The notes under the pieces are model-generated. The model was not told the origin of the DNA, searched no databases, and was given only the letters and a program-made list of their open reading frames with translations. Below are positions 22,385 through 34,100 of a stretch of DNA of 45,526 nucleotides, one piece after another. The stretch is from Octopus sinensis (taxonomy: Eukaryota): the NCBI RefSeq assembly GCF_006345805.1, contig NW_021834799.1, forward strand, positions 1-45,526, in the 5' to 3' direction. Each line of letters opens with the position of its first letter. Position 1 is the stretch's first letter. The position numbers and the translations under genes were made by a program.

Positions 22385-24055
22385 TCACAGAAAAGTCTCC
22401 TTAGGTGTGGGCCTCTCAGAATTATCAGATTCCCCAGACTCCACAGAGAAATTATTCTTAAGATTTAAATTCTTTGAATCTTTCAAAGTCTTTGTCACTC
22501 TTCGAGTCATTACAGTGGAAAAATAAGATTCAAAGCTTGTGGGGGATACGTCGCTACTACAAGAGCCACATTCCTCCAAATCTTCATCAATTCGCTTCGC
22601 TTTAATATTTTTAACTCCATCAGCAATAATATCCTCATACGTTACTTCCCTTGGAAACAGACTGGCACACTCTTTAGCATACAGAACAGGATCTGTAAGT
22701 ATTAAAGGCTCAGTCGGTGTTGTCTGTTCCGCCTTTGGTGCACTACAGCAACCATCCCGCTCAAATATTTTCCGATATTTCTAAAATATACCAAACTCCT
22801 CAAAAAACTTTGAACTTCCTGAAAATCCTGTCCGAAAGTGACTCTGGAAACAGAGGAAAGCGATTTAGCAATTTCATAATTCCTTCAAAGGCATTACTTT
22901 TAATTTCCTCTACAAATATACTAATCGGGCAGACTTCTCAACAATCTGAGCAACACAAAGGACATGACACTCAGCACGCAGTCCCCCTCGACCAGGAACA
23001 TGTCATAAACCCTCAACGTGGCAGAAAATGGAATCTATCCATTAACTACAATCATAAACCCTCCCAGAAACATTGCATAAACCAACGAAATGTGTAGAGA
23101 GGAGGTATCTCGTTCTTCCTCTTGTAATATATATTAGTAATTTCATACCAAATGAAAGTATAAACGTTTGGAATAATGCTTTAGTAAGTAATCGTGATGT
23201 TCCTGTAGAGAAAATAGCCGTGGAAAATTCCGTGTGAAAATACCTAATAATTAATTATTTTTAACAATGTCTTGTAATTAAATAAATTTAAAATATATAA
23301 ATAGGCTTTAATGACTATTTATTGTGGTACACAACTAATGATGTGGTATAAACCATGGAGGTTATAAAGAGGGTCAGAGAAGAGTCTTTCGAAGCCCCAG
23401 AAGGCCTCCTCTTCCCCCATGTACATAAGGACAAGTGCTGCCACTTCGCTCATGCCCTGACAGTATCCAACTTCAGTATTATAGACAGAATATGCCAACA
23501 ACACATTAAATAACTGGATCTGCCTTTTAAATCAGTTTTCCAGCCAAACTTGTGTCCATACTCCTCGGAGAACGAAACATGATTCCTGAATGTCCTCTGC
23601 ACGTCCAAATGTATTTGTCTGACGTGTGGGGACAGTCTGAATGCCTGGATGAGGATCTTTTTATAAATTCCTTTTTTGATCTTCTTTATATGTTCTACGT
23701 TGAGAATAGCCTTCCAAGCAATGGGTCGAAGTCCTTGAGGGATGCCTGATTTGAGTTGCTTGAGAGTTTTCCTTCTCTTCTCCATGTCAGTGTTTAAAGT
23801 AAGCAGCAAATTAATGTTGGCAGCTATACGAGGCTTGCAGGAGAGGATTTTAGATTCTTGTGCGTCCTCTAATTTATTGCTTGGGATGTGAGGGTGGGGA
23901 GTACTGGAAGAAGCCGTAGCAGTCAATGTACTTGTGAGGAGTTTGGGCAGGTTTGGAAGATTGGTAGTATAACCCGATTATGGCACTACGTTCCTTTACG
24001 GATTGACTGCCAGGAGTGTCTTGAGTTAGGGGGCTGGGGTACCTTTTTTGTTCAT
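22385..24055 (-). CDS. TBC-domain RabGAP, USP6NL/RN-tre-like, 9 exons
   Basis: ERSAII...[39 protein letters not shown]|IFTRNFPRL...[28 protein letters not shown]. Introns: 24020-24042, 23880-23904, 23524-23549, 23244-23353 (110 nt), 23121-23148, 23035-23059, 22910-22934, 22781-22808. The junction at 23059-23060 is 1 nt out of phase. Confidence 0.82.
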
Positions 24056-25519
24056 ATTGTGGTTATTATATTCTGCGTGGGTGATAAGGAGATTATACTC
24101 AACAAGACTTTATAATATGGCAATTTATTACAATTTAAATTTTTATTTTAATTATATATTTATATAATTATTTATCCTGCGTCATTACCAATGGCGTATG
24201 ACTTATATATTTTATACTTTTATAATATTCGCAGGTTGATTTTTAATTTTAAATTCATTAAATAAAATTAATATATAATTCTATCCGTACAAGTACGGCA
24301 TGTTGATATTAATTCACTTTCCTCAACAACCAGTCATCAAACATGCGGTATACAACTTTCTGTTCAAATGAAAAAGCTTTTTAATTTCAAAAAACAAATA
24401 ACATACCAAGTCTCTTAAGCTGTTTTGAACCGTCTTGACCGTTTTTTCCTCTTTTGTGTCGAGACTTTGACCTGGTCACTTATACTCTGCTATTTTAATT
24501 CTAAATTTGGAATGAAAAATTGAGATTCGAATTGAAAATTTGTTTCTATTTTTAGGGAAATAATGAAATTTCAAAATTAAAGATAAAATAAATACAAAGT
24601 TACCTGTTTTTACTATGTACAAACTTTGGAGAATGATTAATAGAAATTAATATTGACAAATCAATAGTAATTGAAGAAAGGAAGCAAACAAAAAATGATT
24701 AATAAAGCGTTAATTGAACCGAAGCGTCAACTGATACGTTCTCCATCCACTCTCCTGCAAGCGTAGTGGCGGAAGTTTTGAAATATTGAATGATTTTTAT
24801 ACCTTCAAAAAAAACTTTAAACAGCATTTAGTCGAATAATTTTTTTTTGGATCAAAATTAAAGAGAATTGCTTTTACTATGTCGCAGAGAAGTTTATTTC
24901 AACTTTCTCCTCGACCCAGTAGTTTTTAAATTTGTACTCAAATATTTTACTAAGTTAAAAGACTGTTAATATAACATTATTCGATTCCCAAAACCTCTGT
25001 TTATTGGGCCCTCTAGCTTTTTGGGGCATTTTTCTTTTGTGGTTCTATAGTATCAAAGAATATAAATTAAAGTCCCATTCTATTTGAATTAAAAAAATTG
25101 TTAACATCAAAATATTTTATGTCTACCTAAAAAATGAAGAACTGAAAAAAGTAGTAGACGTTCTTTGTTCATACAGTTACATGTCTAAAAGTAGAGAGTT
25201 TGAAAGAATATTGTTTACAAAAAATGATCAAATTAAAATTTCAAACAAAGTTTATTAATTGCGGATTCCAATTGGCAATATAGAATAGATAATCGAAAGT
25301 GCCCCAAGTAAAAAATCCGTAACTTATCTGTTTGCGGCGATAAACATATATGAAATCATTTTTAATTAAATCTTCAATTTTTCTTTAAATGGGGAAACTT
25401 TTAAAGAATATTTGATCAAATTCAAAGATAATTGGACTAAAAATTATGATATTTCGAAATCATTATTTATAATGGATAATGCTGACATACACCATTATAA
25501 TAGATAACTAATTCTCAGT

Positions 25520-26826
25520 CACTATCCGAGACAATTCTCCCTTTTATTCAAGATTACTCAAAACAAGACAAAATACAAAATCTATCAAAAATCGGGAAAG
25601 ATATATTGATTACTAACTTTGATCTCTACTATGGAAGCAAGTTTGTGATGTTTATGTTAGTTTAAGTACACTTTTGCTGGGCAGTTCGCTTATTCTTTGT
25701 CAGGGAAGGAGATATGGACTGGTTGGGAGGAATGGTGTGGGGAAGACTACTCTAATCAAGGCCATTGCAATGTATTAATTAAACGTGGTCACACAAGAAC
25801 ATATTTAAATACAATTTATTTATATTTAAATTAATAAATAATTAAATTTATTTATAGACGAGATTTACAATTTTCTGGTGATGTGTCAATGCTGCATGTT
25901 GAGCAGGAAGTCTCAGGGGACAACAGCAGAGTGATCGACTGTGTGCTCTCTGATGAGGTCAAATCTGTTAGAACAGCAAGTCAAACTCGAAAACACCTCC
26001 TCCTACCTCTAAATGAGTAGAGTGGCTGCAGAATTGGAGGCCATTGGAGCACATACAGGCCCAGCCCGGGCAGCCTCAATCCTCTCTTGCCTGGGTTTCA
26101 GTCACGTGGATCAAAAAAGACCTACAAGGGAGTTTTCTGGTGGTTGGAGGATGATAATTGCCTTGGCGAGAGCTCTGTTTGTCAAGTAAATGCTTAGTGG
26201 GATATTCTCAGGCCAGAACTGTTATTGCTGGACGAGCCCACGAATATGCTGGACTTGAGGGCTGTGATTTGGCTGGAGGAGTACTTGAGGACATGGCCTT
26301 GCACTCTTTTGGTCATTTCCCACGACAGAACGTTCCTGAACAACGTGGCCACTGACATTTATTTGATGAAGGACTTGAAGCTTGTTCACTACAAGGGGGA
26401 TTATGAAACATTCACGAAAACGCGGGAAAGAGATTTGGTTAACCAGCAAAAAGAATTTGAGTCACAACAAGCACTTCGAAAAACCACTCAAGTTTAAAAA
26501 TGGCGCCAAAATTTAGTAGGAATTTATCGATCGATTTCGTTAAAAAATGTTACAAAAAATGTCATTTGTGTCCCCAGTCGAGAAGGAGTGTCCCGTGGTC
26601 TTCAAGTTCCCAGTGGTTCCCCCCTCTGAGCTGACGGTGGTGAAATTTAACAATGTGTGTTTCTCCTACCCCAACAAACCCATATTCGAGCACCTTTCAG
26701 TGTCAATATCCATGACTAGTCGAATCTGCATAGTACGGAGAGTAGTGAGAGATGTAGGTGGGGGATAATGGATCGGGCAAGTCCACTCTCCTCAAACTAA
26801 TAATTGGACAACTCAAACAAGAAAGG
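25520..26826 (+). pseudogene. ABCF3: ABCF3-like (ABC-F family) unprocessed pseudogene
   Basis: GRRYGLVGRNGVGKTT, LHVEQEV, FSGGWRM, LLLDEPTNMLD and a second Walker A VGDNGSGKST. Introns 25641-25666, 25772-25857, 26186-26211, 26492-26519, 26733-26757. Frameshift near 25950, TAA at 26010-26012, linker deletion with TAA at 26541, and truncation just after the second Walker A. Confidence 0.82.
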
Positions 26827-26939
26827 GTATTTTTAGTGCATTTTGGTATTCATAAGATTATTTTTTCCTTAAGTTTTCCATTCCCTCCTTCAATGGTCAA
26901 AGAATCCGAATAAGGGTAGAGTCCATTTTTCCACCAGCA

Positions 26940-27075
26940 CTGTATTTTTAATCCGTTGGATATTGAAGAATTTTTTGCATATAAATATGCTGAAAATGAT
27001 ACAATAGAAGAAATGGAAAATTGCGAAAACATTGAAGATGAAAATGATCAAAATATAAAAGATAAGAATGACTAA
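26940..27075 (+). mobile_element. pogo transposase acidic C-terminal tail remnant
   Basis: IFNPLDIEEFFAYKYAENDTIEE closely resembles IFDPLEVEEFLNFEYSENDTFQD at 1636-1705 in the first pogo element. Confidence 0.6.
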
Positions 27076-27189
27076 AATTTTGCTGCTCATTTGTTTTTGT
27101 TATGTCTAATTGTCCATTATCCGTTTATATAAGAATAAGGTTAATATCATAAACACAATAAATGAAAATAAATATTATACAATTGAATT

Positions 27190-27530
27190 GAAGCGGGTGT
27201 CAAACGAAGTGGAGTTGTCTCATCAAATATAAAAAATTTAACATTTGCACGATCCTTTGCATCGATTGGGGTGTCATCATTAAGCAATATTCGACATACA
27301 TTGCCATTTGTTGCCGCACAGTCGAGAGGTGTCCATAAAAATTAGTTTCTGTATTCATGCAAATAAGCAACCTGGCTTTGATGACTGCGTTATTCTCAAT
27401 GAGAAATTTTACTACTTCCTTGTGTCCGTTTAAGGCAGGCAAGTCGAAGGGCGTATTGGAGTTTTCACTTTAGCTGTGGATCAACCATGTTTGCAAGGAT
27501 TTTGACAACACTGCTGTTTCCGTTTAATAA
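27190..27530 (-). pseudogene. Ankyrin-repeat gene fragment, possibly TRPA-like
   Basis: NTPFDLPALNGHKEVVKFLIENNA, WTPLDCAATNG...LLNDDTPIDAKDRAN|TTPL. Two apparent 23-24 nt GT-AG introns, with frameshifts and stops. Confidence 0.6.
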
Positions 27531-28455
27531 AATACTTTAAAAATCCATTTTGACCTCTAAAATATATTCAGTCATTTTTGAGAGTACAGTTGGTTTATGA
27601 GAATTTGTAGATAACTAACACAACTTTTGACACCTCAACAATCTTGATCGCACTTCTTTATATCCTTATTTCAGCTATCTGGAGCATCACTGAGATATGC
27701 GCTCTAATATTTACACTCTGTATAAGCTACTAGGTAGAATTGTGTTTTAATTAAAATAATGTTTGTTTTTATTAATAAATTATCTTAATTTTTGGTTATC
27801 CAATTATTAATAAAAAACCTAATAAATTATGCCGCGTGTAAACACGCGGTTGGCATACCTTGTTGTTTTGTTACATTATTTGGTAGATCATAATTTTTTT
27901 ATTTAATTGGATTCAGAAGGGATATTTCGCGATGTAGTTTCTTTTAATGGTTAAATTATCTGAAATTTCATCATTTTGTAATATTTGTAAGTTTATTCCT
28001 TCAATCTGTATATTCTACTTATTTTGAAATTTTGAAAATTGAATTTCACCCTATTTTTAATGAAAATTTTTATTCTTTATGACAAACTTTTATTTATGAC
28101 GGAGAGATTGAATTATTTTTCTTTTAAATCTTTTAAGCATTTTTTTAAACTTTAATTTTTCTTTTTAAATCTTTCTATCTACATAAAAGTTGTCAATCAG
28201 TAATTTTTCCTACTCTCAATTTCTCCGTCAATTACCGCAAAACCGTCTCTAAACACTGTTTGCGATTATCTGACTAACATTATCTGACAACTATACTTTT
28301 ATTGTATAATTTGATAATTCTGTCAATTTTTTTCTTCACATTGGTTACATTTGTCATATTCTTTTTTGTAAAAAATGAGATAGACTAATAAAAAACACAT
28401 AAAAACATATTTTTAAACGAATTAATTACTAATTAAGATTGCCCTACCTTATGCA

Positions 28456-30574
28456 TCTTTTATTAATTTATTGTTGTCAACTCCTTTTGATTGTTTATTG
28501 CCATATTTTATTCCTTATTTTCAAACCATAATATTCCTCTTTTATTAATTTATAGTTGTAAACTCCTTTTGATTGTTTATTGTCATATTTTATTCCTTAT
28601 TTTTAAACCATAATATTCTTTTTTTATTAATTTATAGTTGTAAACTCCTTTTGATTGTTTATTGTCATATTTTATTCCTTATTTTTAAACCATAATATTC
28701 TTTTTTTATTAATTTATTGTTGTCAACTCCTTTTGATTGTTTATTGCCATATTTTATTCCTTATTTTCAAACCATAATATTCCTCTTTTATTAATTTATT
28801 GTTGTCAACTGCATTTGATTGTTTATTGCCATATTTTATTCCTTATTTTTAAACCATAATATTCTTTTTTTATTAATTTATAGTTGTAAACTCCTTTTGA
28901 TTGTTTATTGTCATATTTTATTCCTTATTTTTTAAACATAATATTCTTTTTTTTAATTTATTTGTTGTCAACTCCTTTTGATTGTTTATTGCCATATTTT
29001 ATTCCTTATTTTCAAACCATAATATTCCTCTTTTATTAATTTATAGTTGTAAACTCCTTTTGATTGTTTATTGCCATATTTTATTCCTTATTTTCAAACC
29101 ATAATATTCCTCTTTTATTAATTTATTGTTGTCAACTGCATTTGATTGTTTATTGCCATATTTTATTCCTTATTTTTAAACCATAATATTCTTTTTTTAT
29201 TAATTTATAGTTGTAAACTCCTTTTGATTGTTTATTGTCATATTTTATTCCTTATTTTTAAACCATAATATTCTTTTTTTATTAATTTATTGTTGTCAAC
29301 TCCTTTTGATTGTTTATTGCCATATTTTATTCCTTATTTTCAAACTATAATATTCCATTTTATTAATTTATTGTTGTCAACTGCATTTGATTGTTTATTG
29401 CCATATTTTATTCTTATTTTCAAACCATAATATCCTCTTTTATTAATTTATTGTTGTCAACAACTCCTTCTGATTGTTTATTGCCATATTTTATTCCTTA
29501 TTTTTAAACCATAATATTTCTTTTTTATTAATTTATTGTTGTCAACTCCTTTTGATTGTTTATTGCCATATTTTATTCCTTATTTTCAAACTATAATATT
29601 CCATTTTATTAATTTATTGTTGTCAACTGCATTTCATTGTTTATTGCCATATTTTATTCCTTATTTTTAAACCATAATATTCTTTTTTTATTAATTTATA
29701 GTTGTAAACTCCTTTTGATTGTTTATTGTCATATTTTATTCCTTATTTTCAAACTATAATATTCCATTTTATTAATTTATTGTTGTCAACTGCATTTGTT
29801 GTTTATTGCCATATTTTATTATTCCTTTTTTTAAACCATAATATTCTTTTTTTATTAATTTATAGTTGTAAACTCCTTTTGATTGTTTATTGTCATATTT
29901 TATTCCTTATTTTTAAACCATAATATTCTTTTTTTATTAATTTATTGTTGTCAACTCCTTTTGATTGTTTATTGCCATATTTTATTCCTTATTTTCAAAC
30001 CATAATATTCCTCTTTTATTAATTTATTGTTGTCAACTCCTTCTGATTGTTTATTGCCATATTTTATTCCTTATTTTTAAACCATAATATTTCTTTTTTA
30101 TTAATTTATTGTTGTCAACTCCTTTTGATTGTTTATTGCCATATTTTATTCGTTATTTTCAAACTATAATATTCCATTTTATTAATTTATTGTTGTCAAC
30201 TGCATTTGATTGTTTATTGCCATATTTTATTCCTTATTTTTAAACCATAATATTTCTTTTTTATTAATTTATTGTTGTCAACTCCTTTTGATTGTTTATT
30301 GCCATATTTTATTCGTTATTTTCAAACTATAATATTCCATTTTATTAATTTATTGTTGTCAACTGCATTTGATTGTTTATTGCCATATTTTATTCCTTAT
30401 TTTTAAACCATAATATTTCTTTTTTATTAATTTATTGTTGTCAACTCCTTTTGATTGTTTATTGCCATATTTTATTCCTTATTTTCAAACTATAATATTC
30501 CATTTTATTAATTTATTGTTGTCAACTGCATTTGATTGTTTATTGCCATATTTTATTCCTTATTTTTAAACCAT
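28456..30574. repeat. Tandem satellite, ~26 units of 82 bp (81-85), with higher-order structure
   Basis: Unit TTGTTGTCAACTCCTTTTGATTGTTTATTGCCATATTTTATTCCTTATTTTCAAACCATAATATTCCTCTTTTATTAATTTA. Period measured at 28471/28553/28635. Recurrent variants TAGTTGTAAAC, ACTGCATTTG and AAACTATAATATTCCATT. Confidence 0.97.
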
Positions 30575-31155
30575 TTACTAGACCTGTATAGACCACGTGG
30601 TTAGTTAGACTTAAAAGAACCTTCAGCCTTTGGAGTCCACTCTACGAGCTCCACTATCTTCCCGATCTATCATCCCAGGGCCCACACTTCCGTCAATTTT
30701 AACTCGTTTCGAACCATCCAGAAAAGGAACATGGTATGCATCCTCGAAAAGTCCACGCACCGCGATCTCTCGGTCACCGATCCCGTTAGTTTCCTCGTAT
30801 TTTGAGAGTACCTCCTCAACCCGGGCTTCATAATCCATTTGCAAAAGACCTCTCCGAAAGTCCAGCACAATGTTCTCCATCGTACGCTTAAGCACAATCG
30901 ATTGCATATAAGCAGTCAGATGTTCCCTCACTCTGATCGACTCCAAATATTTTTTTAAATATTTAGACACACTGCCATCCCATGTAAGGACAACAGGAAT
31001 TATATTTACTTTGGCCTTGTGAATCAGGGATAATTCATTAGCGCGCAAATCATATTTTCTTAACTTTTCGAGTTCTACTCGCTGTAAATTATTTTGAGAA
31101 GTAACTCCCACTTTCACAATTCAAATTACGTTCTCTTTCTTATCATATACCAATA

Positions 31156-34100
31156 TGTCGCGAGCCGAGCGCGCGACCGAGCACTAGACGCGACCAATCA
31201 AATTTACTCAATGTCAATCAATGTCAAAATAACTTATTTTATTGATTAGATCAGGGTTTCTCAAGTTTTTTAACGTCGGGGCCAAATCGATAATTAACCA
31301 TTGTCTTCGGGGCCGCAGAATAAATTAAATTAAAACTTTCATTAACTTTTAACTAATTTTTTTTTAGATTCATTTTTTATTCAGAAACCGAGATAGTTAG
31401 TCTTAATTAATTAAAGGAAAATGACTAAAACGAAAAATTGTTAACTAAAACGAAAAATTGTTAGCTATTTTAACTAATTGTTAACTAATTTGTCATAACA
31501 CGGAATATAGGAGGCACATGTAGATCGCAAAAGCTGGCATAAGTGATTATCAGTCAATTTATTTCGATATTTATTTTTTATGTGAATCATTTTACTGAAA
31601 ATTGACTCACATAAATAAGTGGATCCGAACATTGAAGCATATTTATAAGCATTTATGAGTATATTCGGATATTTTTCTTTGGAAGTGAACTATAAAATTC
31701 CATTAAATTTTCAATCTTTTGCACTGAGGTAAATTGCACATCTGATTGAAGGTCTATCAATTCTAATTGGAGTGATGGCGGAGCATTCTTAGGATCTATA
31801 TTGAATGGTGCTGCAAAAATTTTCATTGATGGCAAAATTTCATCAAAATTCTTAAAATAAACTAAATTTTAATAAACCTTAGAACGTTTTTCAAATTCAA
31901 CAATAAGGTGACTGATAATGGTAGTATATTTTTCAAATGAACCGTTAGCTTTATTTTCACTCAAACAAGTAAAATGAATTGTATCTTTGAGCATTATTTG
32001 ATCCCTCCAAAGTTTTAATTTTGATATAAAAGAAGCAATAGATCCATAGAGTTGATGGCAAAATTTATATTTCCCCTGTAATTCACAATTTAACGACGAT
32101 AAATGAGAGGTTAGATCTACCCAAAAGCTAAATCGGCAATCCACTCTTTACTGCTCAACAAATCATGGTATTTGTGGTCTTTAACAAATTCTCTTATTTG
32201 AGGGAGTAGTTCATAAAATCTAACTTCTATTCAAGCAAATATACCTTTTGAGGCACGCGGCACGACTCAACCATCGAACAGTGGTATGGTAAAGCACATC
32301 ATTATGCACTGTGTCAATTTCCACTAACATTTTTTTAAATCTCCTGTGATTGAGAGATTTACCGCGTATCCAATTCACAATGGACAACACCGTACTTATT
32401 ACATTTTGCATTTTAAGTGACTTTGCGATTATATTCTCCTGATGAATGATACAATGTTGCCAAAATATAGGATCAAGATTTTTTCAAGTCTCCATTCTGA
32501 ATAAAGTCCATGAAACCCTTTATTACGACCAATCATATTCGCCCCCCCATCAGTACATATGGAAATTATTTTGGAAGGATCAATGTCAAATTCTTTAATA
32601 CTTTCAAGGAATTCGTTAAGTACATCCATTCCTTTTGTAGTGCCTTTTAATGAACGAAGAGAAAAAAATTCTTCAGAAATTTTAAAATCCGAAGTGACAC
32701 CTCTAATGCATACGACCATTTGTTCGGTATCAGAGATATCTTTACTCGTGTCGACAGCAAAAGAATGATATAAAAAATCTTTCGATGTTCTATAAAAATT
32801 ATTTTTAATAGTAAAGAACTTGATTAGCTGACGGGCAAGGTCCTCAAAAATACATTCTATTCTTCTTGTAATAGTATCATTACTTAATGGTAATCGTTTT
32901 GCAATATTTTGTATATTTGACGGACAACATTCATCACAAAAAATGGAAATAGCAGTTTTTAATAATTTCTCCGTCAGAATAAGGTTTCATATTTACAGCA
33001 AGAAGGTGGCTAATTTTATAAGACGTTAATAACTGATGCTTATTTTCCACTGGTTTAAATATTGAGGACTGATTTTTAAATGACGTCTTTAATATATTGA
33101 GTTTTTTTTTCCTTGACTCTCCGAGATATAAATTGTATATTTCGGAGTGCTTCTTATAATGACGTTCAATAGTATAATTTTTCAATGAATTAATGACACA
33201 GTTGCATATCAAACAACAGCTTTACCATTCAGTTCAACGAAAAAAAACTTTTCTTCCCATTCAATTTGAAATTCTCTATTTTCTTGAGATAATGTTCGAT
33301 ATTTCTTTGATGGCATGAAAAAATACTCAACCTGAAATATATTTACAAACACGTGTAGTTAAAATATTATCTTTAATAATATTAATTTACAATTAATTTT
33401 ATATCCAAAATTTATTTTAAAGTTTGGAAGTCGGGGCCGCAAAAAAGATTCTCGGGGCCGCATGCGGCCCCGAGGGCCGCACTTGAGAACCCCTGGATTA
33501 GATCAAGGACAATTATTATTTCTGACTGTTATAACTTCTTAAGTCGTTTGGCATGTAGATGAATGAGGTGTTTGATTGTACAAAAACACAGTCTTTCTTA
33601 TGTGTTTTACCCACTCTTTGGTGTCATCCAAACTCATAATTTTTGAAAGGCTCCTTGTGACCGTCTGATTAAATCGTTCAACAATTCCCTGACTCTGGGG
33701 ATTGTTTGGTCTTCCATGTATTTGTCGAACACAAAACTCTTCACATACTTTTGTCACATGAGAATTTTTGAATTCTGTTCCGTTGTCTGATTGGAGAAAC
33801 TTGCAGGGACCAAAATCCATAAAAATATCATTCAGATTATTCGCCACCTCTACTCCACTTTTATTTTTAAGATTCCTTGTAAACGCATATTTCGAATATA
33901 CGTCTATTACAGACATTAACCAAGAAAAATCATTGTTTTCATTTTTAAATCTACAAAATAAGTTAATTTTATACCGTTTAAGATCAATTAAATCTACTTG
34001 AAATCTTTCATTAGGTAAATCAGCAACAATATGAGTTGAATCATCATATTGTTTTAGTGGAACTGAAAATTTGCAAATATTGCATTCTTTAACAACTTGG

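Noticed and set aside
28436-28446. GATTGCCCTA as the missing partner TIR of the element starting TAGGGCAACCG at 34587 (also GGTTACCCCA near 36291)
   Set aside because: The first is on the wrong side and in the wrong arrangement. Neither match is longer than about 10 bp or has a matching 8-bp TSD.
29726-29923. ORF-track ORF inside the satellite
   Set aside because: A chance open frame on the T-rich strand that yields low-complexity hydrophobic sequence.
28456-30574. Satellite as a hidden coding repeat (exon plus intron per unit). On the minus strand, a 25-nt GT-AG leaves 57 nt, and a 46-nt GT-AG leaves an open 36-nt exon (VDNNKLIKEEYY).
   Set aside because: The 57-nt exon has stops in all three frames. 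The 36-nt model is broken by recurrent 81-bp units with a 35-nt exon. No start or end exons were found. Spliced RNA-seq reads would be needed to revive the idea.
28456-30574. CRISPR-like array
   Set aside because: Units are contiguous near-identical repeats with no unique spacers. The context is eukaryotic and there are no cas genes.
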